The position numbers and the translations under genes are program-made. From Eutreptiella sp. 'Long Island Sound 2002' (Eukaryota; Protista; Euglenida): a stretch of DNA of 64,000 nt. The stretch is from positions 181,040,001-181,104,000 of the forward strand of contig OZ038378.1 of the NCBI GenBank assembly GCA_964036045.1, read 5' to 3'. Positions 47,411 through 59,699 of this stretch are shown piece after piece (position 1 is the stretch's first letter; each line of letters begins with the position of its first letter). The notes below the pieces were generated by a model. The model searched no databases and was not told where the DNA came from. It was given only the letters and a program-made list of their open reading frames with translations.

Positions 47411-48303
47411 ATTACAGCTCAAACGCTCAGGGGGCGTACCGCGCGCTTTGCAAAGTTTGTACAGGACAGGACCCAAGCTGCATAGTGGTGCCTAGTACCG
47501 GTAACAATAAGCCGTGTTATGCATCTATACGAGTTGCTTGCATGCCTTGCCCTCATTTCTAGTGTATTGGTGTGTGTTGTTTTGCATTTTCATGGTATCT
47601 ATGAAGAGTTTGGATTTGGATTGGCCCTTTTCCGATTGGGGACATGGAGAATGCCGTGCACATTTTTTGTGCATATGGACGGGTTCTATAGCCATTCCGC
47701 CAACCTTTGGACAACGTGCCTTCCGCAAGGTCTGCGGCCGATGGGCCCTTGTGTTCGGACATTCCTTTCTTTCTTCTCATCGGGCCCCTTTCCCGTTGCA
47801 TTTGGATTGGCCCCTTTCCGGGGTTGGTTTTCTCATGTGCCTTAGATGTCATCATTTGCACTTCTAAGCATTGGCAGTCTCTACAATCCCACAAAAGCGG
47901 CACGGCAAACGGACACTGTGGCACCAAGTAGTTAGCAAAACACCAAAAAAAGAGGTCCGATTCACGTGCTCATTCAAACCGCTAGTTAGAAGCAGTTCAT
48001 GAAGATTCACCAACATTGTGGGACAAACCAGCGAGGCAAGAGCATTGCCAATTGTAGTTAAAACCTCCATTTTCTCCCTATCATGCGTGGGCTGTGCGCG
48101 CGCTATGCCAGCATGCCCCCCAAGGCTAAGGCCACGATATTGCATCCGCAAATCACCCCCTCTTTACCAAACAACATCTTTAGTGCAGCTAGTGACACCG
48201 CGTGGTAAGCTACCTTGAGCACCCCCATGAGCCCCTCGGACATAATTGAGACGCGCTAGAGGGGCACTAACAAGTGGACCCACATATCCACGTCCAAGAG
48301 TAC

Positions 48304-48480
48304 CCTTAGACTTAGAGTTAGCCTTAGCCTTGGCCTTGGCCTTGGCCTTAGCTTTAGCCTTAGACTCAGGCTCAGCCTAAGCCTCAGCTTGAGCCTTACC
48401 CTTATACTTAGAGTTAGCCTTAGACTTAGACTTAGACTTAGTCTTAGCCTTAGCCTTAGCCTTAGCCTTATCCTTAGCCT
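48304..48480 (+). repeat. Degenerate (CTTAGC/CTTAGA)n hexamer array, the inverse of 47114-47410
   Basis: Visible 6-bp periodicity; reverse complement of the GCTAAG unit. Confidence 0.85.
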
Positions 48481-48812
48481 CAAAGTGGCCTTGAATCATT
48501 TGATTGAGCACCCCAAGTGGTCTAGGAACAACCTCGTAAAAAAAAAGGTTTTGGACCCTTTTTTGACCCATAGATGCTCCCCGGCTAACCCTACCCTAGC
48601 ACGTGTGTAGTGCACCACTCATGGGTGTCAATAGGGCATTGAAGTGTATTGGTGGTGCGCAAATCATTTGCAATCAATCTAATTCATCATTTTATGTAAT
48701 TTTCAGGCTCCCCAAGGCAATGCATGGCAGCCAAACACAGCAAGGAAGGTGGCAGGTATACAAGATCACCTTGGCTATTTTTGGCCCTTTCAAAGGCCTT
48801 TTGGGTGGTCTT

Positions 48813-48999
48813 GGTGTGGTGTGATCTGGTGTGGTGTGGTGTGGTGTGGTGTGGTGTGGTGTGGTGTGGTGTGGTGTGGTGTGGTGTGGTGTGGTGTGGT
48901 GTGGTGTGGTGTGGTGTGGTGTGGTGTGGTGTGGTGTGGTGTGGTGTGGTGTGGTGTGGTGTGGTGTGGTGTGGTGTGGTGTGGTGTGGTGTGGTGTGG
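48813..48999 (+). repeat. (GGTGT)n pentamer microsatellite
   Basis: Directly visible. Confidence 0.97.
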
Positions 49000-50099
49000 G
49001 CAGCCCTCACTAGGTGCACCCTTGCTAGGCCCACCTAGGTACACAGGTGGGCCATCCTCGCAGAGAGTTTGTGCCGGGCTCTTGTTTGTTGAAAATGCCA
49101 CAACTAGACATTCACAGACCATATTACACCTGATTCTGGCCCCATTTCTGGGAGTCGGTGCTATGAAGGAACTTGGCATTAGAAGCTGAGAAATATCCAA
49201 ATAATCAAGAAGTCATCAACTAAAGACCTTTTTGGGTCTAAAATTGTGGCGTGTTCATAGGTGTGGCGTTGGGGGTGATTTGAGGCATGATTCAATGACG
49301 GGGAATGGTGCTTTTCCGGTTTCGAGGTGCATTGTTGGATGAAGGAATGCGAATGTTCACAAAACTGTGATTTTTTTCGTCCTACATTGCCCTAATTTAA
49401 CTTTGGAAGGGGACATGCAGTGCTCACAATGCAAAGGTTTGTTTGACCAGTAGTACAGGGACCCTATTTCAACACAGCATGAAGAAGATACTGCAGAAAC
49501 GGTGTCCAAATATATTGTTGCATATTTCACCCCAACAAAGCTCCATCGAGCCTATGCTTTGGAGAGCCTTCTATTGCAGGGCTTCTGCTGCCACATCAAG
49601 CCTCCATGCCTCGGAGATCTCAATATCGCATGGTAGGGCATGATACAGCATGGTAAAGATTCCTAGTCGTAGCTGGGCCGGGGTGCATTATCGTGCCTGC
49701 CGTTCGTCGATTTCAAGCATTGTTACGTTATTATATGTTACACAAATACTCATCCCAAATGTCTATTGCTGGTGTGTCTCCTGCTTGCCGTGTCTCACTC
49801 TGCCCTTGGCAGAATTCAGTAGCATGGGTTACGGGCAGATGAGCATGCCTCCAAAGAAGGATGACAATGATGACTGGTGTTTTGGTTCATATTATGTGCT
49901 CTCAGGAGGTCACGGTATTCATGGGTGTACAGCATTGGTACATAAAATGGGTGTGATTGGGTGCAACCAGTGTAGTGCAGCAAGTGGAGGCCACGATGAA
50001 GAAGATGCTACGTGATGTGCATGTGGCAAGAGCGGCTGGTAGAGAACTTGGAAGAGGAGCACCTCTGCCATAGTCCCAAGTCTGTTGTGTGTAAGTCCC

Positions 50100-50129
50100 A
50101 TCATTTCCACCACTTCTGTTGATGTGTAG
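50100..50129 (+). promoter_or_regulatory. Candidate SL trans-splice acceptor for the hydroxylase gene
   Basis: Pyrimidine-rich TCATTTCCACCACTTCTGTT...TAG ends shortly before the ATG at 50146; inferred only. Confidence 0.35.
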
Positions 50130-50145
50130 TGTGTTTCTCACCTTG

Positions 50146-50290
50146 ATGATGGAGATCTTGCAAGGCGACCCAATGATGTGGACATGGCCAGAGATGGTTC
50201 CCTTCAGTCTGTTGGTTGTAGCTGGTTTGGGGGCCTTTGAGTTTATCCTGCCGTTCCTCTTTGGCTGGACCGATCGGATTGCTGAAACAG
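50146..50290 (+). CDS. Fatty acid hydroxylase/sterol desaturase family protein, exon 1
   Basis: MMEILQGDPMMWTWPEMVPFSLLVVAGLGAFEF transmembrane segment; CAG|GTGCAT phase-1 donor matches the exon 2 acceptor. Confidence 0.7.
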
Positions 50291-51850
50291 GTGCATGCTG
50301 TCCCCACTTACTATGACCTTGTCTGATCACCCAAGCCCGAGCTGATTGCAGATTGCTGGCATCATTGCTACCTGACCCCTAGTGTGGCGTACAAGTAGCT
50401 GCGCCAGCACCCAGTGTTGTTTTGTTCAAAACATGTAATTTTGCATATTTTTTTGCTTCTGGCTCAGTTGATGCCCTTGTGGAACGACCCCCTCTTCCGC
50501 CACAAGCCCCCAACCCCCAATTTGGGTGCCCTTGTCCCAACAAGTGCACTGAAATGAGAGACAGGAGCAGAGCATTGCACAGGTTCACAGAGCACATTTT
50601 CGACGCTCGGTGCCCAAGGCACAACCAGCCACCACTAGCGCTGACACGTGCCCCGGGGAGTACGTTGTTTGTCCTGAAAACTTTGGTTGACACAGCCACC
50701 AGCTTGGTGGACAGATGTGCGTCGCCCACTCGTGGAGTGTGCTCCCTGTACCATGCCCTGGAGCCTGAGTGCAGAGCTGTGCGTGAGGGGGAAGGATGCG
50801 AGGAAGGGGGTTAGTGGCAAGTATTGTCTGATTCCTTGGCTGGCCATGGTGCCCAGTTCTGGGTACCTGGGGTGACACCGGGCCAAGCTCTTAGGCGGCC
50901 CTTTCCGCAGGCATTTTGTGGTGTTCCTAACCGAAAAACTCGTGCCCCAGAAACGTTTTTGACGGGGTGTTGTACCATAGTTGCCATTGCTATTTTCACG
51001 CACATCCTTTCTCACAGGTGTGGCAGCACACTGTTTCCTCCCAACCCAAACTGTTCGACTCACTTGGAATAGGTCCAAATTGAAAAAGAACGTGTGTTAC
51101 CCCCCCCCCCCGGTTTTTTTTACACTATCAGCGTGCTGCAGAGATGGCAAGGATTACACAGCCATTTCATTTCCCCCACAACGCATTCATGTTGCCCATC
51201 TTGCTCGCCGCAACACGTTCTCCAACCAACAATTCCACGTACAGTTTGAGGTTGCAACCAGGTGCTTTTCTTGCGCAACAATTCCATGATTTCTTCCATA
51301 TCATTGACACTAACAGACCATGATTCATCGTTGACAATCATTGGAAATTGTCCAAACAACACAGACCAACCTTTCAGCGCATTTTTTCTTGGCAAGATCT
51401 TACACATGCCTTGAGGGATCATCATATCGGAAATCTACAATGCTAGTGACGACAACATTGTTGTGTTCTCCATTTATGCCGGTTATGGAGTGCGCCCTCC
51501 TAGAGGCCATTTGCGTTGGCATTGGGGTAGACATCACATGGATGCCCTGGGACACACACCATGCATTAGACAAGAATGAGAAGGCCCTTATTGCTGTGGA
51601 AGTGCCATTGCCATTTTACACATTGTTGGTTGATGACCTAGCATTGGTGGTCAATTGTGACCCGATTCAGGAGCTTGGCCAACTACGGAATGCCATCTTG
51701 GACCGCAGTATGAAGCTTCATTGGGTTCACCCTAGTGTGGAAGCATTAATCTCCGTGTCCCGCCGCGTGGGCATTACAATGAGTGAAGTGTCACGCGAGT
51801 GGGAAAAATATATTAAAAAAGTATAAAATTTTTTTGAGAGTGCCATGCCA

Positions 51851-52265
51851 TATTTACGTGTTTTTCGCCCTATTTGGGTATTAGGTCCAGGGGGGGGGTC
51901 TCCCAAGGGATGGGTACACAACCTGCTTATGCAGTTTTTCACCTTGGGCAGCTCAAAAATCGAAGTTTTCGAAACTTATTTTTTTGATACCATGATCACC
52001 TAAAATGACCATCCAAGGTATGTAAAGCATGTTTTAGGCGTGTTTACGTGTTTTTCACCCTATTTGGGCATTGGGCGCACGGGGGGGGGGGGCGGGGGGG
52101 GCTCCCAAGGGATGGGTACACAACCTGCTTATGCAGTTTTTCACCCTGGGCAGCTCAAAACTCGAAGTTTTCGAAAATTATTTTTCTGAAACCGTGATCA
52201 CCTAAAATGACCATCCAAGGTGTGTAAAGCATGTTTTAGGCCGTATTTATGTCGTTTTCCCCCTA
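51851..52265 (+). repeat. ~190-200-bp tandem repeat (2+ units), homologous to the ~180-bp repeat at about 1140-1390
   Basis: Shared text TTTTCACCCTATTTGGG...ACACAACCTGCT.ATGC...GGCAGCTCAAAA...TTTTCGAAA...TGTAAAGCATGTTTTAG. Confidence 0.85.
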
Positions 52266-53962
52266 TTTTGTGTGTGCGTTGCTTGGAGTAGATTCTCTGC
52301 GAGGTGGACTTGCCGAAGGCAATAGAATTTTTGACCCCCGACCTGACCTCCATGTCAGACATTGGCTGATGGGAGCCTGACCTTATGGGCCATTTTTTTC
52401 TGAAAAATTTTTTTGCCCCAGTTGTGTATGTTCAAAATGATCAGTGCATCATGGGGATGATTTTGAGGTATGTATGTTGGGGTACCCACTGACCCCCCTC
52501 TGGGACCCCGGCGGCTGACCGGCCGACCCACCTACCCCCCATTGAAAACCCCCCTTTCTAACTTAAACGCCGAAAAAATAGGACAAAATTTGACCAAAAC
52601 CCCCCCGTTTTTTTACCCCTCCCCCAAAATAGAGTAATTGACCCCGCGTGCCGGTTATCAGATATGCCCCCCCCTGGGATGAGGTGGAGGTTTGTGCATT
52701 GTTGTGGGGGAAGAGCCCCACCACACTTTGTGGTGAATGTAATGAATGTTTTTGTGTGGAGTGTGTTGACCTACACATTTGTGGAGGCAAAACTGTTATT
52801 AAACACAACACATGTCAGATGCGGTAAAGAAGTAGAATTCACAGATTTTATCTTATGTGTGCTCTGCAAGGGAAGGGTTTAGGGTTGATTCTAGTTTGCT
52901 TGGGGAAGCTTATCTAGGGAAGGGTAAAGCTGGGGCTAAAGATGGGATTCTTGGGAAAAAGATATTGTGCTGGGCAAACACTCCGTTTGTGCACACAAAT
53001 GGTTTACACTGCATGTAATTGGTTATGTGCATGAGCAGGTGCATGGCACCCTAATGCCAATTCGGCAACATGCAGTAGGTAAGCCAAAATCAGAAAGCAG
53101 CTTTGAGAAACCTGATTCAGCAGTAATGGTCAGTTTGGGTTTCTCCTGTTTTGCGTGTGAATTGGCTTCCATTGGTGTGTAACTGGCAGGTCCCATTTCC
53201 TATCGGTTAGTGTGTAATTGGGGTACCTGCTGTTTGGTGTGTAATCTGCTTTTTTTTTTTACCTTGGGTCTGGGCTTACACTTGAGGTGGCTCATGCTGA
53301 CCATCCCCTCCTGCCCTAGCCTTCATTCACACAAAACAGGACTCAGAGGGTTTGGGGCTGCATCGAGGCTGCAAGCACCTCTGTTGTTGTGCACAAGGAG
53401 CCAGCATGTGTGCTCTGGGGCACAAGACTGCATGCATGTGTGCTCTTGCACACTGGGCTGCACTGAGGGTGATTGCAAGCTTCAAAGACATGCAGAAAAT
53501 ACGTGACTTGCTTGGCCAGCTGCTTATGTTCTGCCTTGTCGCGGCCCTCTGGAGGCCCCGATGTAAGCTCCCCCGGCCAATGCCCTCCCCATGCCCTATC
53601 CAGAGCGTGTGTTCTGTGTTTGTTATTGCAATGAGTTGCCTGGTTCGCAATTTGTGAAGTTCGTTGGAACTGCCGAAAGCAGGCCTGTTCACCGCATTTA
53701 GAACAATGCTGGCTGTATCGCTGATACTTCGGCGCGTGGTGAATGATTCATGTACCTATACCCTCTCCAGACCCAGAATCTACAGCCCTGGGGGAAAACA
53801 GTATTTTGCCAGTGGAGTGCAGTCCAATGCTCTGATTTAAATTCAGCAACTGAGTAAACGCATGAAACATACATGACATCAAAATGGCTTCACAATACCG
53901 ATGCCAAGAGTGCAATGCGATGCTACTGTAGTTGGATTGCACCTGCGTGCTCCTTTCTGCAG

Positions 53963-54242
53963 GTGTTGTGTTGGAGAAGTTCGACTGGAAGGACCATGCC
54001 TTCACCAACTTCAGCCGCCTGAGCACAGTGGTATTCACTTACCACATGCTCTGCTATGTGTGGCACGCCGAAAAAGTCGAGTGGGCCCTGAGCAAGTTGA
54101 CCCTGCAGAATTCAATCCTTCCACTGGTGCTGTGTTACGTCATTTATGACTTCTTTTACTGCCTGTGGCACCGCGCATTGCATCACAAGGTGCTCTATCG
54201 GCACATCCACAAGCACCACCATCGGCAGCATGCACCCTCCAG
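53963..54242 (+). CDS. Fatty acid hydroxylase/sterol desaturase, exon 2
   Basis: His boxes YDFFYCLWHRALH and IHKHHH; TTTCTGCAG| acceptor and CAG|GTACCA phase-2 donor. Confidence 0.9.
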
Positions 54243-55893
54243 GTACCACCATCCACGGCCCTCAGCACCACCACAGGGATACGGTCCCGCTGTCTTGACC
54301 CAACGCTCCCCCCCTCACCCTGAGAAAAAAATCTGGCCTGAGAGAGCCCCTGAGCGACTTTGACCACTCCCTCCGTACTTTGGTACTTCTTCTTTTTGTT
54401 GGGGGGGGTTCAAAACTTGGTTGGCCTATAGCCGGCACTGCGCGGCAATCTAGACCCAGGCCCACAGCACTTTTCTTCTCCGATATGGACCCTAACCAAT
54501 GATGGGGGTCCCAGGTTGCATCCAAAATTGACCCCCCTACGGGGCCCCAGGGGTCAGAACTTAGCCGCTTTCAGGCTGGTTGAAAAATTGCGGTTTTTAT
54601 GTGACCTCCGATAACCCTCAGGGACCCTTGGGCTGGTATTGGGTGATCATTTGGTGACAATGGGAGTACGGATAAACACATGGGGAGGCATATAGCACCC
54701 AGTTAGGCCCTCCTAGTGGTGCTTGTTGGCCCCTGAAAGCGCCGTTTTAAGCCTGTAAGTTGGTCGGCCTACAGTGTATGCCTTCCCCACAGCGGTTTCT
54801 GCCTCGATATCACTCATCTCTCTTCGAGGTGCCTTGTGGAGGGCAACACGGAATTTCCTCCCCAATGATACCTAGTTCAAATGATCAGTGTGCTGTGGGA
54901 ATCAGTATGAGGAAAACATGTTGGGGCCACCCATACCCCCTCCCTTACCCCCCATCTTGGGCCTGTCTTGGGTTTCGGTCACAGGAGCCCATTTGGACGT
55001 GGTGGGGGTCTAGAAATGGCGCTTGAATCCCTCCCAGCCCCCACAAACTGCCAGCCTTTCTGGGGCCCCTTTGTGGAAATGAATGTTCTGCACTTGTGGA
55101 TATTTTACTGTTGTTTGCAGACAGGGTGGGGCTGTAGAACACTGCATGTGGCAGGACAATAAAATAGCTACCACGGCAGACGTGCCAAGTACCCTGAGAA
55201 TAGCCCGCTTGGAGTCGCTTTGGTTGCACCTGGAGTGGGAGCAGGTCTGCACCCGTGTGGAGATGGAGGTTGTGGTTTGGGAGCTGGTTATTGGTCGGAG
55301 TTGAATAGGCATGGTAAAGTTTAGATTTCTGGTTAGGGGTCTGGTTGATGGTGATTTTGCACAAAACTGTGGCCGGCAGTGGGGTTTAAACCGGCGCAAA
55401 AAGTTGAGTTCAGTTGACATGACAGAGGGGTTGAGGATGTAACCCCCCCCCCCCCTAATAACCCCCCCCCCCCTAACAATTCCGGCCCCCCTTAATAATT
55501 CCCCCATTTTAGTGATGATTTCAAATGGCCGAATAATTCCCCCCCTTTGTGCATAGGCAATTGCTGCAAGGCATCCTCATCCTCATCTGAAATTTATGTT
55601 TCATCACTCTCATACACAAAGTCTTCCAACCCTCGAATTTTGAGTCGGGACATGTCTTGTCCTACGTACCCAAGGTTTGCAGCACATTCAGGCAAGTTCA
55701 GTCGATCTAGAGCACACCAGTGATGACAATGTTTTTGGACCTATCTCTGGTGCACAGCAAAAGAGCCAAATAATCCCCCCCTTTGGCCAGCCAGCCAACC
55801 CTGATGTATTTATGGGGGGTTATGTTTGTGTCGGCGATGTCCAGAGCATATGCAGTTGGGGGAAGGGCACCTGTTCGGCCCTGCACACATCAG

Positions 55894-56075
55894 GGGCAAC
55901 TCCGATGCCATCAATGTGCACCCTGTCGAGTTCTTGACAGGGGAGTATCTGCACCTCGGCGCCATCGTCCTGGTTCCCATGTCCATCCACGTGACCGCCA
56001 TTGCAACGTTCATTGTCCTTGGGGGTCTGCTCGCCTCATTGAACCACACCCGCTTTAATTTCAAGGTGCCCCCAG
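55894..56075 (+). CDS. Fatty acid hydroxylase/sterol desaturase, exon 3
   Basis: DAINVHPVEF and LNHT motifs; phase-2 acceptor and phase-1 donor CAG|GTACGC. Confidence 0.88.
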
Positions 56076-56547
56076 GTACGCCTTTTTTGCTATTGGATGT
56101 TTGCGGAACCCTTGGAATTTGTTTTCCATTTTTTTTCCGCACTTTTTGAATTTTTTTTGCAGGTGATTTCTTTTCTTCTCAGTAATTCTCGGGATGTGGA
56201 CAGGAGCTCCTGAAGTGTCAATTCGAGGGGTGGTGGGAATGCCCCTGCGCGGGCCTCTCAAGAGGTGCGGACTTCATGCACCCGATTTTAAGCAACTGGG
56301 GATGGCCTGCAGGTGACCACGCCCCAAAATTTCAAAGAAGGTGTAACCGGCATTTTTTTGTCCCGCAGCGCGAGGAAGGGGTCTCCACCATCGTTTGTCT
56401 TGGATTCGGTACTTTTTCAAGAAACAACGTTTTCACCCCCAAGAATGTCGTTCTGGGCACAATTTCAGAGCCACAGCTAATAATAGCTTGCCATCCTGCA
56501 TGCCCCAAGTACATGTACCTGCCCGACGATACGAGGCACTCCTTCTA

Positions 56548-57810
56548 ATGCCATGCAAGACCCACAAACCCCTGTGATGCCATGCCACATTCTAATGCCA
56601 TGCCATACCAACAGCCCTTCTGATGCCATGCCATATTTTGATGCCGAAAGATTCGAACCGCCCCCCCCCCCCTTTTTTAGATGCCATGCAATATCAACGG
56701 CTCTTCTGATGCAATACCATCATTGTTCCCATGCCATACCAACAGCCCTTCGAACGCCACGCCACACCAACAGCATTTCTGATGCCACACCATACACACA
56801 GCCCCTCTGATGCCATGCCACACCAACACCCCGTCTGATGCCAGGCAAAATCGGCAGCCCTTCTAATGCCGATGTCATGCAGTGTTCTGATGTCATACTA
56901 CACCAACAGCCCTTCGACAGTCTTTCTGATGCCATGCCGTGCCAACATTCGAATGCCATGCTACCAACAGCCTTTCTGATGCCGCGCCATACCAACATTT
57001 CTTCCCATGCCATGCCAACCCAACGGCTTTGCTGATGCCATGCTATTATCTGATGCCATCCCACACGAACAGTCTTTCTGATTCAATGCTATGGCAACAC
57101 CCCTTCTAATGCACATTCTGCACCAACAGTGTTTCTAATGTCATGTCACATTCTGAGGCCATTCTGTACCAATGCTCCTTCTAACGCCATACTCCAACGG
57201 TCCCTCTTATGCCATGCTACATCTGCACTCCTTCTAATGCGGTGTTATCCCAACGCCTTCTGATGCCATGCCATCCCAACAGTCCTTCTAGTGCCATGCC
57301 ATACGAGCAGCCCTTCTAATGCCTGGTGCCATGCCTACCCACAGCACGTCTGATGCCATGCGATACCAACAGCCCTTCTGATGCCATGCCATGCCAACAG
57401 CCCTTCTGATGCCAGGCTGTATGGACAGCCCTTCTGATGCCAGGCTGTATCGACAGCCCTTCTGATGCCAGGCTGTATCGCTGTATTGCTTCTAACGCAA
57501 TGCTACACCAACACCCTTCCAATGCCATGCCTTACCAACAGTGCTTGTGATGCCATGCCATATCTGCAGCCCTTCTCATGCCATGGCATACCAAAAGCAC
57601 TTAGGCTGCCATGCTGTACATCATCAGCCCTTCTAATGCAATGCCATACCAACAGCCCTGCCACATCAGCAGTCCTTTTCATGCCATGCCATGCCTGCAA
57701 CCCTTCTGCCGTATCATCTCAATTAGCCCTTCCAATACCATGCCATACCAACAGTGTTTCTGATGCCATGCTGTACCAATACTCCTGCTGCTGCCATGTC
57801 ATACCACCAT
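56548..57810 (+). repeat. Degenerate ~28-bp minisatellite (TGATGCCATGCCATACCAACAGCCCTTC)
   Basis: Dozens of variably spaced copies fill most of hydroxylase intron 3. Confidence 0.9.
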
Positions 57811-57866
57811 GGTTCTACACAATTATCCAGATCAGTCTGTGATGCTGCATATTTTCTACCTCGCAG

Positions 57867-58018
57867 GAGTATTCTCGGTTGCGGACCACGATCTGCACCA
57901 CTACCACATCACCGCCAACTTCGGCCAGTATCTTATGCTTTGGGACCGCCTTCTGGGGACCTACAAGTCTCCCAGCAGCTTGACCAAGCCGAAGCCTAAG
58001 GCTAAGAAGGCCGCATGA
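57867..58018 (+). CDS. Fatty acid hydroxylase/sterol desaturase, last exon
   Basis: HDLHH...NFGQYLMLWDRLLGTY motif and C-terminal KKAA (KKXX ER-retrieval motif). The four exons total 759 nt (252 aa plus stop). Confidence 0.9.
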
Positions 58019-59699
58019 GCACGTCATCTGTAGGCCGCTGTTTCCACTTGGGCACGGCTCACTCTGCCCCGGTGGATTGTATGCTTTGTGAAGACGTCGA
58101 GAAGTGGCTTTGGGGCGCGCGGAACCCTGTGTCTGTATGGGCCAGCCCTATCGCTGCAGCCAGTAGATCACGCGGTTCAGCTGTCAAAGCACACGACGCC
58201 TGGCCATGAGATACCGAAATCGAAATAAGTGGTGACGTTAAGCTGTCCGAGGGACGAGGGTGTTTTTGGTGACCCTGCGAGCCGCAAGGGACTTCAACGG
58301 CCCCGGTGTTCCATCTTTACCTCATTCCTCGTCATGCTCCCACCGTAAACAGATTGTAGTGCCCCATCCCACCATTCAAGCTCCTGTGGTGCCTGTGTCT
58401 CACAAGCGCCATGGTTTGCGTCCTAACCGAACACCGCCAATGGAGATCCCGTCAATGCAGATGCCTGCTGTGCGTCTGGAAACCAATGGCCTCTGAGCAG
58501 AGAGAGCCGGTGCCTCCATGCGGCCCTACGAATGCAGAGGGACTTCAAGAGCTTTGCGCCATCTCATTGCACCTTTCGGCATGTTGAAGGCAGAGGCAGA
58601 GGCAGAGGCAGAGGCGAGTAAGTAGCACCCACCCTCCCCCACCCTTGCGCGAGCACGGACTTGGTAAGCACGGCAAGTCTGTCTACTTGTTGTTTTTCTG
58701 ACGACCGTCGAGAATGCAAGATGGCATATTTGTGAGCGGGTTGCAGTGGGAATGAGGGGCTGGTTCATGCGCTGTGAAGAGCTGCTGCTGCTCATACGCA
58801 TGTTGTTAGCCTTGTCTAAGTATAGGATCCCTGTCTGACCGTCATTTCCGCTCACTGCGGCTCTGCGTGCACAAGGGGTGGTGAGGAAGCAGAGGATGTT
58901 GCTGTCCCACCGGCATATGGCTACTGGTGGACCCCTGTGTTCCATGGAACACTAGTCATGGTCAAAGGGCTGTGAGGTTGCAGAAGGTGACGCGGTTTCT
59001 GTCATACTGCGGATGGGACAAGCGGGTGTTTGATTTTTTTTTGTGGTGCAGAAGCGGATGTCCTCCCTTCCTCCCTTCCCTGATTCTCTCCTCTTTGACC
59101 ACTGCCCTGCTCCTGGGCTTGTCCTCGGCCAGCAGCATTAACGTCGGAATTGAGTGTTTTCATGTGTTACAATTGTTGCCTGGAAGCTAAAGGTGACAGG
59201 TATTTAAGGAATGTGGAGGAAGAACGCTGCGTGGGTTCCGCTGTCACTGTTTGATTTTGGGGCAGCTGTCATGGTCCCGCCGCCTCTGCCATAGGGGACG
59301 CGGTGGATTTTACAGAATCCCAAGTGTTTGTGCCAGGATCATGATTGTGTGCGACTGAACACAATGTGATGAAATTTTAATGTTAGATCATTGACAGTCC
59401 ACAACCGCAATACTTTGAAGAGTGGGCTGTAATGTGCATGCATTTTCACTTTGCTGTGCTGTGCTGTATGGTGCTGTCCGGTGTATGCTGTGCTTCTCTT
59501 GAATGTGGTGTGTTTTCGCCTCCGTCGTGCAGGACTTTCATTAAGGACTCCACACTTTGTTTTTTTCTTTTTGATGAGGAGTACGGGCGGCCAGTTGTCG
59601 GCGGTTATAGGCCAACCGCTGTTGTCGAACCACCAACCGCTGGCGGTTAGAGGCCAAATTTCATTGGTTGCCTGCCGGCCCGGCCCTGTTTTAAGTCCC

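Noticed and set aside
47114-48480. True telomere or interstitial TTAGGG tract
   Set aside because: The unit is TTAGCC/TTAGAC, highly degenerate and internal.
51341-51826. 161-aa ORF as a host gene
   Set aside because: No motifs or splice partners; it lies inside hydroxylase intron 1 next to repeats and is probably TE-derived.
56548-57810. CRISPR-like array
   Set aside because: Units are adjacent and degenerate without unique constant-length spacers; the context is a eukaryotic intron and no cas genes are present.
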